A stretch of 63,946 nucleotides of DNA, filler included, from Octopus bimaculoides (lineage: Eukaryota), in assembly GCF_001194135.2 (NCBI RefSeq). It is 7 parts of 6 records of this genome, joined end to end, with 100 filler letters (N's around TTAATTAATTAA, not from the genome) between each part and the next. Parts side by side here need not be neighbours in the genome. Positions count along the whole stretch, not along the records: positions 62,619 to 63,946 come from NC_068988.1; 6 more parts are not named here. One strand, given 5' to 3'. Both the position numbers and the translations under genes were made by a program. The notes below the pieces were generated by a model. That model made no database searches and was not told the DNA's origin. It saw nothing but the letters and a program-made list of their open reading frames with translations. Shown piece by piece: positions 63,913-63,946 of the stretch (its first letter is position 1; every line of letters starts with the position of its first letter).

Positions 63913-63946
<34 letters not shown>

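Noticed and set aside
1-63946. Prokaryotic systems (CRISPR arrays, operons, defence islands) and rRNA genes
   Set aside because: No repeat-spacer periodicity, no dense long ORFs and no rRNA-like sequence; the window is eukaryotic intronic/intergenic DNA

Overview
AT-rich, microsatellite-dense animal genomic scaffold with many N gaps. The SINE families and repeat landscape suggest a coleoid cephalopod, probably Octopus (inference, no search run). Nearly all ORF-track entries are repeat or gap artefacts. The only host gene I can support is the 3' half of an eIF4E class III gene (EIF4E3) on the + strand: a 156-nt exon at 37638-37793 and a terminal coding exon at 46312-46367. Its upstream exons are not visible and probably lie in gaps. 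The rest is transposon-derived: three tRNA-type SINE families, RTE LINE pieces and RTE-tail derivatives, a CR1/L2-like relic, two mariner fossils, and two MITEs. There is also a cluster of (TAA)n-associated R4/Dong-like RLE retrotransposons at 52.5-58.3 kb, one of which lacks RT through an in-frame internal deletion. The most notable signals are Penelope-type minimal hammerhead ribozyme motifs: an inverted pair at 10.6-11.2 kb, a fold-back relic at 23.2 kb and a candidate with a branched stem II at 28.4 kb. CpG-decay domains also hint at a further unannotated gene body at about 8-33 kb.
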